A stretch of 61,710 bases of DNA, the filler included. It is 6 parts of 6 records of this genome, joined end to end, with 100 filler letters (N's around TTAATTAATTAA, not from the genome) between each part and the next. Parts side by side here need not be neighbours in the genome. Positions count along the whole stretch, not along the records: positions 39,850 to 55,991 come from SRR2962707_1016; 5 more parts are not named here. One strand, written 5' to 3'. A program made the position numbers and the translations under genes. This document shows positions 40,021 to 52,600 of the stretch, piece after piece. The stretch's first letter is position 1; every line of letters begins with the position of its first letter. The notes beneath the pieces were generated by a model. The model made no database searches, was not told the origin of the DNA, and saw only the letters and a list, made by a program, of their open reading frames with translations.

Positions 40021-43000
40021 ATGGGCGGGTACGAAGTGGCGAAGCTGGCGCTGGGCGGCGGCAAGAAGCAGCCCCAGCCCACGCACACGTCGCACCAGCT
40101 TTTCGCGAAGGATCTGCGGCAGTCGACCGGCAAGATCGTGAGGCAGCGGCGCGCCCTCTGTCGCGCGCTCTGCGAGCCGCTGTCCGCCCGCAGCGACGCG
40201 GAAATCGTCCGCGCGTTCCGCCCGCGTCGCAACAGGGACCGGCAATTCACGAGCCCGGTGGTGCAGGACGCGGAGCTCCACGCCGGGCTGGAGCGGCTGG
40301 GCGTGCACATCGCCTTCAACCAGACGCCGAAGCTCATGCAGCTGCTGGACTTGTTCCCGGTGCACCCGCCCGCCGGCCCGGTGCGAGAAGATGGCCATTT
40401 GTACTACAGCACGCACACGCTCACGCAGACGCTGCTGTACCTGCGCGAAGAGTTGCGGGCCTGCGACGACCCCAACAGCATTCGCAAGGGCAAGGTGCCC
40501 CGCGAAATGCACGAGCGCCTCCTGGAGCTCATTAAGCAGGCGGACCGCGAGTCGACCACAGTGCGCGACGACGGTGTCACGCTCGGGTCGACGAAGATGA
40601 AGCTGTTCCGCAAGCAGTGAGTGGCCCTTGCTTGAGCTGTGCACCGCTGCAGTTGCAATTGCATGCTTTGGCGCGATTGTTTTTACAGCTTGGTTTTGTC
40701 TCTCTGTGCTTGGACATGCTTGGCGCCTGGCGGGGCGGCTGTTCCGTATGTGCGTGCTCACTTGCGCTGTCTCAAGGTACACACCTCCAGATCCGAGCGA
40801 GGAAGAGATTGACGATCGGTTTCCGCTCGGGTCGAAATGTTGGCTAAGGAACAAAGAAACGTGGGGCACAGTTCGCTTCGTGGGTGAAACAATCTTTTCC
40901 CCGGGAATATGGGTGGGTGTCGAGCTGGACGGGCCATTTGGAAAGAATGATGGCAGTGTCAGCGGGTTGGAGTAAGTTGGTGGGCCACGATGCCGTCTTG
41001 CCGCTGTTTTGTTGTGGAACGTATGAAAGCTTGAGTATGACGGTTTGTGGGCTCTGTACTCGGTAGGTACTTCAAGTGTCGGCCAAAGCATGGGCTATTC
41101 GTGCGCCAGCACATGCTTCTTACGGATGCGGAAAAAGAGCAAGATGATCTCGAGGAAGAAGATGAAGAGAACCTTCGATTGGAGAACCGGCACCGGCAAG
41201 CTCGCGTCAATGCGGGTAGCCGAGGCTCGTCGGATCGCAATGCCGTTTTGAGCACAAGCGACATGCTTGAACTGCAAGGGATATCCCCTCCTGAAGATCC
41301 AATTACCCTTCACGCTGGACGATCAAGACGGGGCAATGAGAATGATGTGGAGGATTTTCTCGACAGCGATCACATTCCAGAACGCAACCAGGTGGCCGCT
41401 TTGCCGAAAAGAAATGGAAGAAGTTCTGCTGCTGCTGCAGAATTGCGCAGCAAAGCGAGAACTCCGCGGCGCGAGTCGTGGCGAGGTGGGAACAATGGGC
41501 TTGACTTAATCGACGAATCTGTCATCGAAGGCCCGATGGACGAGCACCGGGTATCCGTTGCCCGTGGCACTCCGAATCGCAGCCCCGCCCGAGGCTCCGG
41601 TCGGCCTGGGGGTGGCCATTTGCACATCTCTCCAGGTGGAGACATTACAATTGACATGCCGGACTCGACTGCCCATACTCTGCTATTGAACGATGACACC
41701 GTGGCGGACTCGCCGGCACAGAGTGCTGTCAAGAAATCAAGCGATGGGAGTGGCGCTGCACTTCTCCGCAAGATATCAGACTGCATTGCGGAGGATCCGC
41801 GGCGTGCTGTGGGAGTATTCGAACAGGTTGACAGTGATGACGATGGGCTTCTCGACCAGGGCGAGGCAGCGCGGGCTTTTCGACGACTCGGGCTGCAACT
41901 TCGACTTGCAGAGATCGCAGACCTGTTTTCGATGTCGTCGGTGGTATTCAATGGAAAGTTGATGTACTCCTCGCTGCTTGCGCTCCAGGCGGCGCAAGAC
42001 GATGAAGGGAATAGTACAGACAACGACGCGAGCAGCGATGCTGGTGGAGCGCACGGTGAGAGTGAAGACGATGGAATGTCGGTCGTCGTAGACGAAGATG
42101 AGGCGGATGCTGATGACGTTCAAAAAGCATCGGCTCGCAAAAGTTCACCAGCTGCGGCCGAGGTAAGGGCGAGAGCCCAGGCAGCAGCAGCCTCGAGGTC
42201 TCCATTAGCCCGATACGTTCAGTCTAATCCGCGAACGCCCAGTCGTGACGCGAACGACAGGGCTGTGTCTCGGCCATCCGGCACGGTCGGTGTTGCGGGT
42301 GGGTGGACTGTGAAACAACCTCCGTTGTCGCCTCCTCGAAGCGTTCATGTTGATCCAACTGGTTCTGTGAGTATTTCGATGGGAGCCCCAAGTGCACCTC
42401 CGATACCGAACAACATGCCGCCCCCCGCGCTAAGACATCACCATCAACATAGTGGTGGAAATTCGAGTGTGCTCTTCGGCGCGAAAACCTTAACCCCCGC
42501 TCAAGCGACGGCCCGGCCAGGCGACACTCGGCGCGCAACTGGTTTATCGCTGCAACAAACGCAGCGCCGCCAGCTGCAGCAATTGCAGGCACCTGCCGGA
42601 CTCTCGAATCCAGCGCAGCAGCTCGGCGGTCCTTCGCAGGCCACTGCTTCCGTTCGGCAGCTCCCTCGTCGTCGCAGTGTAAGGCCGCCGGCGGACCGAG
42701 ATACACACGTGCAGGAACATGCCCAACAAGAGCCGAATTCAAGCACAGTTCACGCTATTGAAAATGCAGCTGTCCGTGGCAGTGTGCATACGTCGCACTA
42801 CCGACCTATTGCTAGACTTGGAGCGGAACCATCGGTTGCCGCAGTGGGTGCAACGTTAGTAACTGATCCCGCAAGCGGGCAACGTAGCGTCCAGGCAGTG
42901 GGCCCGAGTCCTGCAGGACAATTGGCCGCCTCGCAAAACCGTAGCTTTTTGGCCCGGAGTGTGCGTCGCAAACCCACCCAATGGGAGCGCGATCGGGCGG

Positions 43001-46000
43001 CACGTACACTTCAGATCACAATCCTTCGGCTTGTGCTTCAGCGGCTTCGAGAAACGTGCGAATTATATCGTGGTTGAGACCATTGTGCTTCATTGTCAGA
43101 TTTTCCTGCTGCTAGGCTGTCTTACAGCGCCTTATCGACTCGCATGCGTACCTTTTTTGTTGGCATAACCGCGACTAGGTACTCTAAGCGTTACGCGCAG
43201 CTATCCGAGAAGTTTGCGTTCCTCGCCGATCAATCACAAGCACTGAATCAGCGAATGGCAGGGGCGCAAGCGGACAACGAAGCTTTGAAAAGAGAACGGA
43301 GTCAACTTGAGAACGAAAATTCAACTTTGCGCAAGTCGCTTGCATCGTTGGAAGACCGCGCGATTGTGAAAGAACGGCGCGTGTTGGTACGTGTTGATCG
43401 GGGTCGCCGTGCTTACATGGGGATAAATATCGGCGACCGCCAGTTGCCGTCGTTGACCGTTTCACCTTGAATCAGGTACGCCGGCTCACGGAGGCTGAGG
43501 AGGAGGTAAAGGAACTGACTCTGACACTCTCAAAGCAGCAGGTTCAGCACCGCGAACAAATGGATGAGCTGCTTCGCTTGCAAGCCGAGAATCGACATCT
43601 TGCCGCGGCGGGTGAAAAGCAGAAGGCTCGCGACAAATTGGCGACCGACGATACAACTGCAATGGCGGAGCGCCTTGCCAGCTTTGAGAAGAAAATTTAT
43701 AGCCTTCAGGTATGCGCATATTGCACTTGTGCCACGCCTTCGGCGACGCAGTCGAGCAATGGAATCTCACCGCCATCATTGTGACGTTGTTTTGAAGGGC
43801 CGAGTCGGAGAGTTGACGCAGGAACGCGATGACGCTGTTCGCAGCAGCTTCCGTGACAAACAGATTGCTGAAAAACTAACCGTTCGATTGCAAGAGCTTC
43901 AATCTGCGCTAAATCAGCGACTTGATGCCAAAACTGGACTCATCGAGCGGTTGCAAGACATAAGTGATCACACCCACGCGCAATCTGATCTTGCTGAAGA
44001 AGTTCGTCGCCAATTCGCCGATCTTCAAGAAATGGAAGCAGAAAATCGCCGCCTCACTGCAACGCTGGAAGAGGTGAAGCGAATTTCATAACAAAAAAAA
44101 TGGTCAAGTTGAGGGACTTCATAACTCGTCGTCTCAGTGCTTTTGTTTGCGGCGCCACGACGTAGGTGAAACAACGTGAAGCAAACGCCACTGCAGTCAC
44201 TAAACTGGTCGGAGAGGAAGCCTCGCGGTTGCGGCTTCAGGCAAATCAGCTTGAAAACCAAACGTTACGATCCGGAACTGGAAGACTTGCGCTGCGGGGG
44301 CTGCAGCTTATGGCCCAAAAAATGCAAAGTGACTTGCATTCGAACCTTCGTGAGCCAGTGTTGGAACTGCAAGCTTCATTTTCCGACGAAATTGGCCAAA
44401 TGCAGCAACGCGTCGCGACAGTGGTGTGTGCCGTTCATTGTGCAGCGTCGAGCAAGATGACAACAATTACGGTTGTGTTTGATTTTTACTGCATTTGCGC
44501 GGTTTTATTTCGACATGGTGTAGATTGCGTCGAAAATGGAATCTTCTCGCAAATTTAAGTTACTGCGAGGACTCTACCAGCATGAGTGGCTACAGCGTCG
44601 CGAGCAAAATCGGCGCCTCGTGAAATTATGGGGCCCGTTGCGCGTTGTGTGCTGGGTGCCCGATCAACCTAATTCGCCCACATCCGGTGGACTAAGCTTT
44701 GTTGCAGATGAGCGGGACAGCGGTGTGCGCGTTATCCATCCTGATGGACGACAGCAGCTGTTCAGGTGCGTGGTGAATCAAGCTTCTTGAAAAGTCCAGG
44801 TTTCGTTTTGAATGTTGATATCCTTGAAATGTTTTCACTTCGGTGCGCGCTGTCCACAAATTTAGCTACCATCGCGTGTTGGGCCCCAACTGCGGACAAA
44901 ACCAGGCGTGGGCGGAATACGAGGATACGCTGTCAATGGCAATGATGGGGCAAAAGGGTTGCATCTTCCACATGTCGCCAGTGTCCTCGTTTCTGGTAAA
45001 TGGACGCTCTCAAGCGCAAACGCGAAATCTACTCGATCACTTGACGTCGATTAATGACCACGTCTGGAGTCGCTTGTTTGCCTTGCAAGAAGGACGGGAC
45101 GTAGCTGACTCGCGCCAAGATGGATCGACGTCCATTCAGTTCGTTTCATTGTGACGAGTGATGGCACGCATCGCATTGCTGTTGTGCGTCAGGGTGTGCC
45201 TTGATTGGCCTGGCTTTATGAATTGGTTGCCTTTCAGGTACAAGTTTTCAGTGAGCTATTTGGTCGTACATTGCGGTGAAGTGTTCGATCTGTTGACAAA
45301 CGACTCGTCTGCCCTCGTAAATGAGCGTGATCTATTGCACGGCGACTTCAGCTCTGTGGAAGTGAGGGAACTGGAGGAGGCACGGCAGCTGACCGCACTC
45401 GGTTCCAGGAAGCGGGTCGATCTAGCGGTACGCTTGTCACTTCACGCCTCGAGGCGCGCACGACCGTTGTTTACGAGCTGCAGCCGAACAAGTTATTGAG
45501 TTGTTTCATGCGGACTGGTAGGCCACACATGGATGGGCTGTTCACAAAACACACGCCGTGATGGGAATCACAATTGACTGCCTCAATTTTGTGACCGGCC
45601 AGCAGTATTCTGGGTGCTTAAAGATTGTCCAGCTGGCTGGCATCGACGCTCATGGGGAACAATCCCAACCCCACGTACGTGCCGTCGCTTTTGTCAAGTC
45701 ATTGTCGAGGTTAACTGCAACGCTTCACTGGATCTCATTTGATTTTATGTGTGCGTGTCAAGCGTGCCGGTGCTTCTGTGACGGCGTCGCGCGAGGCAGT
45801 ATTTGTCAACCGCTCTCTTGTTTCACTTACAGAAGCGCTTGCGGGGCTCCACGCATACCCACCGGTTCTACGCGCAGTGAAGGATTCGAAAGTTGGAACA
45901 ATAGCAGCAGATTGCCTGGGGGAAGGGACTTTTTCAACTGTACTCGCGGTGGCGTCCAACGATTCAGTTTTCGATGTTGATGCAATGAGCAGTTTGCGGT

Positions 46001-46212
46001 TTGCTATCCGCATGAGAACGGTTGCGCCGGCACGTGTCGCTGGTGGAGCTCCAACTCGTCCGCCTTTCCCAAGCAGTGACGGCCGCAATTTGCGTGATGT
46101 TGACACCCCTGTACGTATTGCCGCTCCGGTTCAAAGTGTCGGTGGAAGAAACAGCACCCTTCGTAGCTCTGTGAACAAACTAATGGCAGCGTCCGCTTCG
46201 CGGCGCCGGTAG
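40021..46212 (+). CDS. 12-exon eukaryotic gene: EF-hand-like, CAP-Gly, EF-hand, coiled coil, degenerate C-terminal kinesin-14-like motor
   Basis: Phase-consistent GT-AG introns at 40617-40776, 40972-41066, 43056-43178, 43387-43475, 43710-43797, 44074-44165, 44424-44523, 44766-44865, 45139-45237, 45428-45521, 45675-45762; GKNDGSV CAP-Gly motif; DSDDDGLLDQGE EF loop; NRSL and SSLRFA kinesin motifs. Confidence 0.8.
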
Positions 46213-46616
46213 TAACACGATGGTGCGCAACGCAAGCGGTTGTGGTGTATTGACAGTATGGGCAGGGCAGTACGCGAGCGTATGCAGTTATAATTATCAG
46301 CCTTTCCGCACAAAAATACCAGCCATCATTAGGGCAAACCCTCATTTAGTTACACATGGGCTTGGATTTGTTATAGTTGACTGGTGCGACGTGCGTGCAT
46401 GTGAGACGCGCAAATCACAAACGCCAGTCAAACGCAACAACACCCCAAAGACCAAACTTAAAAAAATCTATGTTATGCTTAGCAACTTGTGACCTCTGAA
46501 GGGTGTATTGTGGACAGCACTGGGCTCAGCAAAGTCTCTAACCGGGGCTGCCTTCTGTCCGTCCCGGGAGCAGCGAGTGATCGCCGCGGAAGAAGCATTC
46601 GCGCGCATTGTTGAAT

Positions 46617-49600
46617 CTAATAGTCATCAAATCCGTAATCGTAATCGTACTCGGGTGGCTCAAGACCCAACGATGTCCCACATCCTTCGCACAGGCCACC
46701 TCCACATCCTGGGCAGGTGAATTCCGAGTCAATTACATCTTCGCACATCCCACACACGTCATCGCCTTCTGTGTCACCGCAGACGCAGTCTGCTTCACCG
46801 CTTGCGTCAAACAAAGAGCTCAGCGCGCTGCCATTGCCAAGGCCACGGCCTCCAGCGGTGCCGCGACCGCCGCCCCGTCCGCGACCTTGACCTCGTCCGC
46901 CGTGGGCACCCCGCCCACGGCCGCGTCCGCGACCATAAGGAACATATACTGGCGAAGGTAAATCATATGTTGGGGACAATGCAGAATACGACGGACTGGT
47001 CGGGTCCAACGAGTCTGTGGTTCCCCACACGTCAATGTTGGCACTAGTGGCTCCTAATACTGTGCCGGGGAGCTTTGCAGCAGTGCGTTTCCCGAAAGGG
47101 TTATACACCAAAGTCCCGTCGCACAGCTCTTCAAGAGTGCGATTCAAATTTGCTACAATTGATGCTGTTGTCGTTGTCTTCGGAATGTATGGTCCCTGTG
47201 CGGACACTCGTCGTTGAATGGCAGTTGGAGTGGAGTCATTCACGTGATTGCTGTGGGCACCAAAGTTTCCGCCACCGCCGTCGTTGTATAAGCTTGCGTT
47301 GTTGGCGGAGCCAGATGCCTGATTTTGAGCGAGTATTTCATGAACTCCGATCGAATCGCAGCCAACTCGAAGCAAGTCTGTGAAGGCGCACTGCGGCAAC
47401 GAGCATGTGTTGCAAAGGAGCACCGGGGGTGGTTCTTTGCTGACCTTGCTTTCATTCCAAGCTCTACAAACGCGGCACGAAAACGATGGCTGCGTGTGAG
47501 ACGGCTTCGCTGGAGCCACTTGTGGTGCGGCAGGAACTGATGCTGCATCGGCAACAGTATTCTTGGGTGATCCACAGCATGCACACACTGTAGCGCTTGC
47601 ATCCTTCACGATAAACGTGCACACGGTGCATGTCCAGCCAACGGCGTCTGCAGCCACCTCTGAAACGTCATCAAGGGTGAGGTCGACGCTTTGAGCGGTG
47701 AGGGCGGCAACGCTGGCGGTCGCTGTTTGGCAATTGTGCTCGAGCTCTGCCTCAAAGGCTTTCAGCCTGGCCACGATTGACGCCACAGGCTTTAGGTGTG
47801 CGTTGGTTTTCACCAAATCGGCGACTTTTGACAAATGGTCTCGTGTGTCGACGCGCTGTAGGTCCCAGATCTCAGGTGGTGCTGCCGAGCCACATTTCCC
47901 ACAGTGCCAAAACGCGGCAAGACCTTTCTCAATGTCAGCTTTTGATTGGAGCGAAAACACCGCACAAGTTGGCACTTTAGTCAGCATCACACCATCACTG
48001 CCGTCCTGCAACTTCACGGGCTGCAGACATTTCGACGCATCCTGCTTGCCTTGAAACTCGGAGCAAGCCACGGCAAGTGTGCACTCCGTGCTGTTTGTGC
48101 TTAGCGCCACAATGGTCGCACGCAAGGTTTGGAAAAGCACTTGTTCTCCGATGGTGTGCGAGCTTGGACTAAAACTAGCTAATGGAGCGGGCGTCGTAGC
48201 TTTGTTGCATCTTGCGCACCTGAAAGAAGGTTTCAACGAAACCGCTCGCATGGTTCGCACATCGACAAGAAACGGTGGGATGCGAACTTGCTTCTTGCTT
48301 TTACTCGCCTGTGGCACCAACTCGCTTTGCACCAGAACTAGATATTCAAGCTTTGGGGTTTCAAAGCTGTTGTCAACACTGCTGTTCAGCATCCTTGCCG
48401 TCAAATTTTGAAACGCGATTTCAAGGTGAAAAGCATTTGATGGAGTCATCGTGATGAGCGATTTTGAAACTTTCCTACGATATATCCAGCGCACTGCTGC
48501 TGGATGTTTTTCAAATTCAGGTTTTTTGCTGAGGGCTTGGTCGCAAAGTTCCAGAAACATGCGACATGCTTTGGCGCGATGCAGAACAACCCCTGCCTTT
48601 AGCGTCCGCGCCCCCGGGTCGAGAGGCTGCTGAAACGAATTGCCCTGACTCTTTGATACACCACACATGTCACACTGCGGCTTGGAAAGTTCGTGCACTG
48701 CCAAAGACTCAGGAAGCCCAAGGAACGACGCACATATACACTTCCACTTCGTCACCCCCAAAACGAAGTGGGCGACTTTCTCGGAAGAGGTGCTCTCGGA
48801 TTCTTCGTCAGCGAAAACGGAAACTTGAGAAACAACTGCCTCAGCTGCAGCCGCGGCTTTCGAAGAGCGGTCAAGATACATTTCAGGCACAAACTGGCCA
48901 CCCAAGACCTTCTCGATAAATAGCGGCGCAAGCTCGTTGGCCGATTCTGGTGCATTGCAGTGACACACGGCGGTCCACACAGTTTCATCCCATTGATTGA
49001 GTCCCATGTTTGCAAGCATGGTCATCAGAAGGCGTCCCTGTTCACGGTGGGATTCCGTGATTGGGCCAAGGCCGTGGATGTCGGCGCTTGTCAGATTTGC
49101 TCCTTTTGGGCCACTTGCCACACCTGCCGCGTGTCCGGATGCAGTCACCAATCCCGTACTGCCGGGGAGAGAGTACACAATATCTCGCTTTGAAGGCGAG
49201 CGTGGGTGATTGAAGAATTCGTCAATGGCTGCGTTCACAACGTTTTTGCTTGCTTGTAGAAGGTGCCGCTCCAGAATCCATCCTGCTGTCCAGTGGTCAG
49301 TCTTCGTGGTGGCCACAAACTGCGCGATGCACTTGTCCATTGGCATTGGTAACCGCTTTTGTTCCGAGGCGGTCGCTACAAAGCTGAAGACAAGCCGCAC
49401 AACAAAACAGGGGCTTAACGAGTCTGACAAGTATGCTCCATGGCCTACGGTGCTTGGACTTAGCAAAAGGAATGGAGCAACAGGAATGGTGTGGAATTAA
49501 ACTCACGTTCCAGGAGAACACCACTCTGCTGTCGCAGCCTGCGAAGTCATGTATTGGAAGCGCTGCGATTCCAGAGTTGGGAAGTCTTCATTCCAAAGCT

Positions 49601-52600
49601 GCTGCTGAGGGTGCGCTGCAGTCAGCATGTTGTCAAGCAAGACAAGCGCGTATTCCAAGTAGATGGCTTGATAGCGTCGCCGAATAGTCTCCAGGGTCTC
49701 TATTTGTAACTTTCGGGCTTCAATGAGCTTTGTGCATTTGTCGCGAACAGAATCAGGAGCAATGTGCTTCGCAAATTGAAGCAGGACAGCGAGTTCAAAA
49801 GTGTTGTGGCACTGGCGGACTCGGTCAGCGATGCGGTATTCCACGGTTGGTTTGCTTGAACTGGCCGAGGTCGCGGAACCTTTTTTTTTTTCCGCATTTC
49901 AGGCCAAATGAACGGTACAAATATCAGACACGATGGCAGACTGCAAACGCACTACGACGAACCAGCACGAAGAAGAAAATAGCCACAAAGTAATATCACG
50001 CACCAGGTGTCACTCCCTCCTGCTCAGCCCAGGCGATCAACTGCTTCGCCACGGCTTCAGATTTTGTTGAAAAGTGACTGTGAATGGCCGAGATGAAAGT
50101 GGATGGAGGAGCTCGGATGATCTTTTCCATTGCATACATCATCGTGCACCGACGAATTTGCTTGTCGTACCTAATATTGAAAAATTGCCAGCGTCACACA
50201 GAGCATCGAAATCAAATGCAGTTTCACTTTGACTCGCGAATCTGCACTCCGAACGTACGCCTCACTGTATAGCTTGCCCAGCTTCGTTTTATGGCCCGTG
50301 CGGCCGGAGTCGTAGCCAGGCTCATTGAACCAACACATTCCTGCCACGGGCTCGCCAATCATAATGTTCCAGGGGATAGATTGAAGAACTTGAAGAAGTG
50401 TGGAGCGTTTTGGGTCCCAACCTGGCCCGCGCCAGGTGCCTAGCAATGACAGGCAAACCTTTCCGTTGGCGTAGAGATTTGCATTAAAGCGCACGCTTCC
50501 ATTGCCAGTGGTGACGAGTTTCATTTTCGGCGCCGAAGCTGGGTAATTCGATGGCAGAAGCACATCAAATTCAAAGCAACCGTTTTGATATGGCGTGTCA
50601 ACCGGCCCGATTACCAATGCTTTCATCACCCACGGCCGTTCACGGTCGTAGGCCACAAATATGCTTCCACCTTCATCGGACAAAGGAAGTGCTGTTTGCA
50701 ACGATCGTAGTTCTTCTTCAATGCGAGACATGTTTCGAGGCTGTGAAGCAACGGCTTCCTTCCAAAAGCTGTGCTGAACTGCCGACATGTCAACGGCCCG
50801 CACTTTCTGCAGTTCGCCCAGATCAATGAGCTCTTGCATTTCTTCCGAGTATGATCGCTGCCTCAAAGGAGGAGGGATAAAAGCACACTCAAGCCTAACA
50901 TGGCGATCATCTAAACACTTTCCCTCCTCTCCACACGCCGCGCAAGGCAAAAAAGCGCCGAGCGCGGAGCCAGTCGTTGCTTCAGACCCATCGCCTCTGC
51001 ACGCACTGGCGCGGCGAGCAAGATCTGCCAGCTTGAGCGTGGACGTCCCGCTGTTTAGGCGAGCATCGCATGTAAAGTCCACGAACACACGGTCAAGGCC
51101 GAAAACACCAGTCGCCTTCAACAGAGATTCTGACCCTTTGAACGGAACGCTTCGAACAAAATGCCCGTTTGGTAAGATGCACTGCATTGACAGGCGCCCG
51201 CCGGCCTCGCTGTAGTGCCAGTTCCGGTTGGCTTTCGAGGAACCCGTTTTGGATCCACCTAAGCGAACTGTTATGTCCCGGGTACTTCGCATACTGCGGG
51301 AACATGATTGAGTTGGGCAGAATCGAAGGCGGTACGCAGCAAGCATGTCTGCTTCAAAATCTCCGGTCTCTTGGCGACTGGCCAAAACAATATTTTCCAC
51401 GACGCGAATGACAGCGTCAACAGTAACATCAACGGGAAAGCTGCGCACTGTAACTTGGCACCACCCGGCCCCGTCTGAAGCGTCCTCCACCTCCACGCCA
51501 CTTTCGGTCCCGCGCACGCCCGGGGTGCACTTCGAACGAGGAAGCAGAATAGCAACAGAAAATTTCTTTTCGTGGCAAATGACAGGCGCAATGTCTGCAC
51601 ACATGGTCTCAAGCATTCGACGAAAGAATGCAGAAGTTTGTTCAACAGGCAAACGGGAAGCTTTGCCATGCTCCACACGCCTGCGTGTTGCCTGTGCTTC
51701 CACAACCGCACGCTCCACAAAGAGTGGCAACAATGGAACAAGCGCGAAATCGGGATACGAAATGCGTGACCCACATGCAAAAAGTGTTTTGAAAGATTGA
51801 ACTACTTGTGAGATGTCGTCCTGAACAGCAGCAAAAGCGAGATCATTTTCTGCCACAGTGCGCGCAGAGGATGCCACTGACGCGCCATAATTTTGTGCCA
51901 GCAGCTGCGCAGAGCGTGGAATCCAGGTTTCCATAAAGAAAGCGAGTGTGCGACCGGACTGCAAAAATGGTGCTGCTGGTCGCAGGTTGTGTTCGGGGTG
52001 CAGGTAAACGCGAAAACGCTGCTCGAGCCCTTCGAGGATATTTGCTAGCCCAAAATACCAGCTTCCGGAGCTTACATCTTGAACAGCAATGTTGAACGAA
52101 CATGGCAAACACCCGGCACGGCTAAGGAGTGTCATCGGCAGTGGAGAATGCCGGAGAAACAGCTCGTCGAAATCTGCGATGTGTTTCACGACGCTTTCAA
52201 CACCGGCGAGTGACAGCAGAAGCCGAATGCCCGCGCTGATATCTATGAAAGCGGGTTCAGGGCCAGCAGCAATAGTGCGCTTGTGCTGTAGATTGGGGCT
52301 CTGTGCTCGGCGGATCCAAATCACCAGCGCGGACTTTCGGGGCTTTATGTACAAGCGCACAGTCGGCAACGGCATGGGTTCATTCGCCGTACTGTTGGGG
52401 AGCGTGGTGACCTGAAGATCCACAAAATCACTGCGGGATGCTTCAAGCAACTTGGGCAACAATTCATGATATTGCTCACTTTCGTGGGTAATATTGCCGC
52501 TTCTGTTCGCATCACGCCTGAAAACGGTGGTGCCTGTCTTGAGTTCAACGACTGATTGAATTTTCACGCCACTCACCCGTCGACTGACAAAGTCAATGAG

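Noticed and set aside
40021-40620. Stand-alone 199-aa gene
   Set aside because: Its TGA lies within a GTGAGT donor that splices in phase to the CAP-Gly exon
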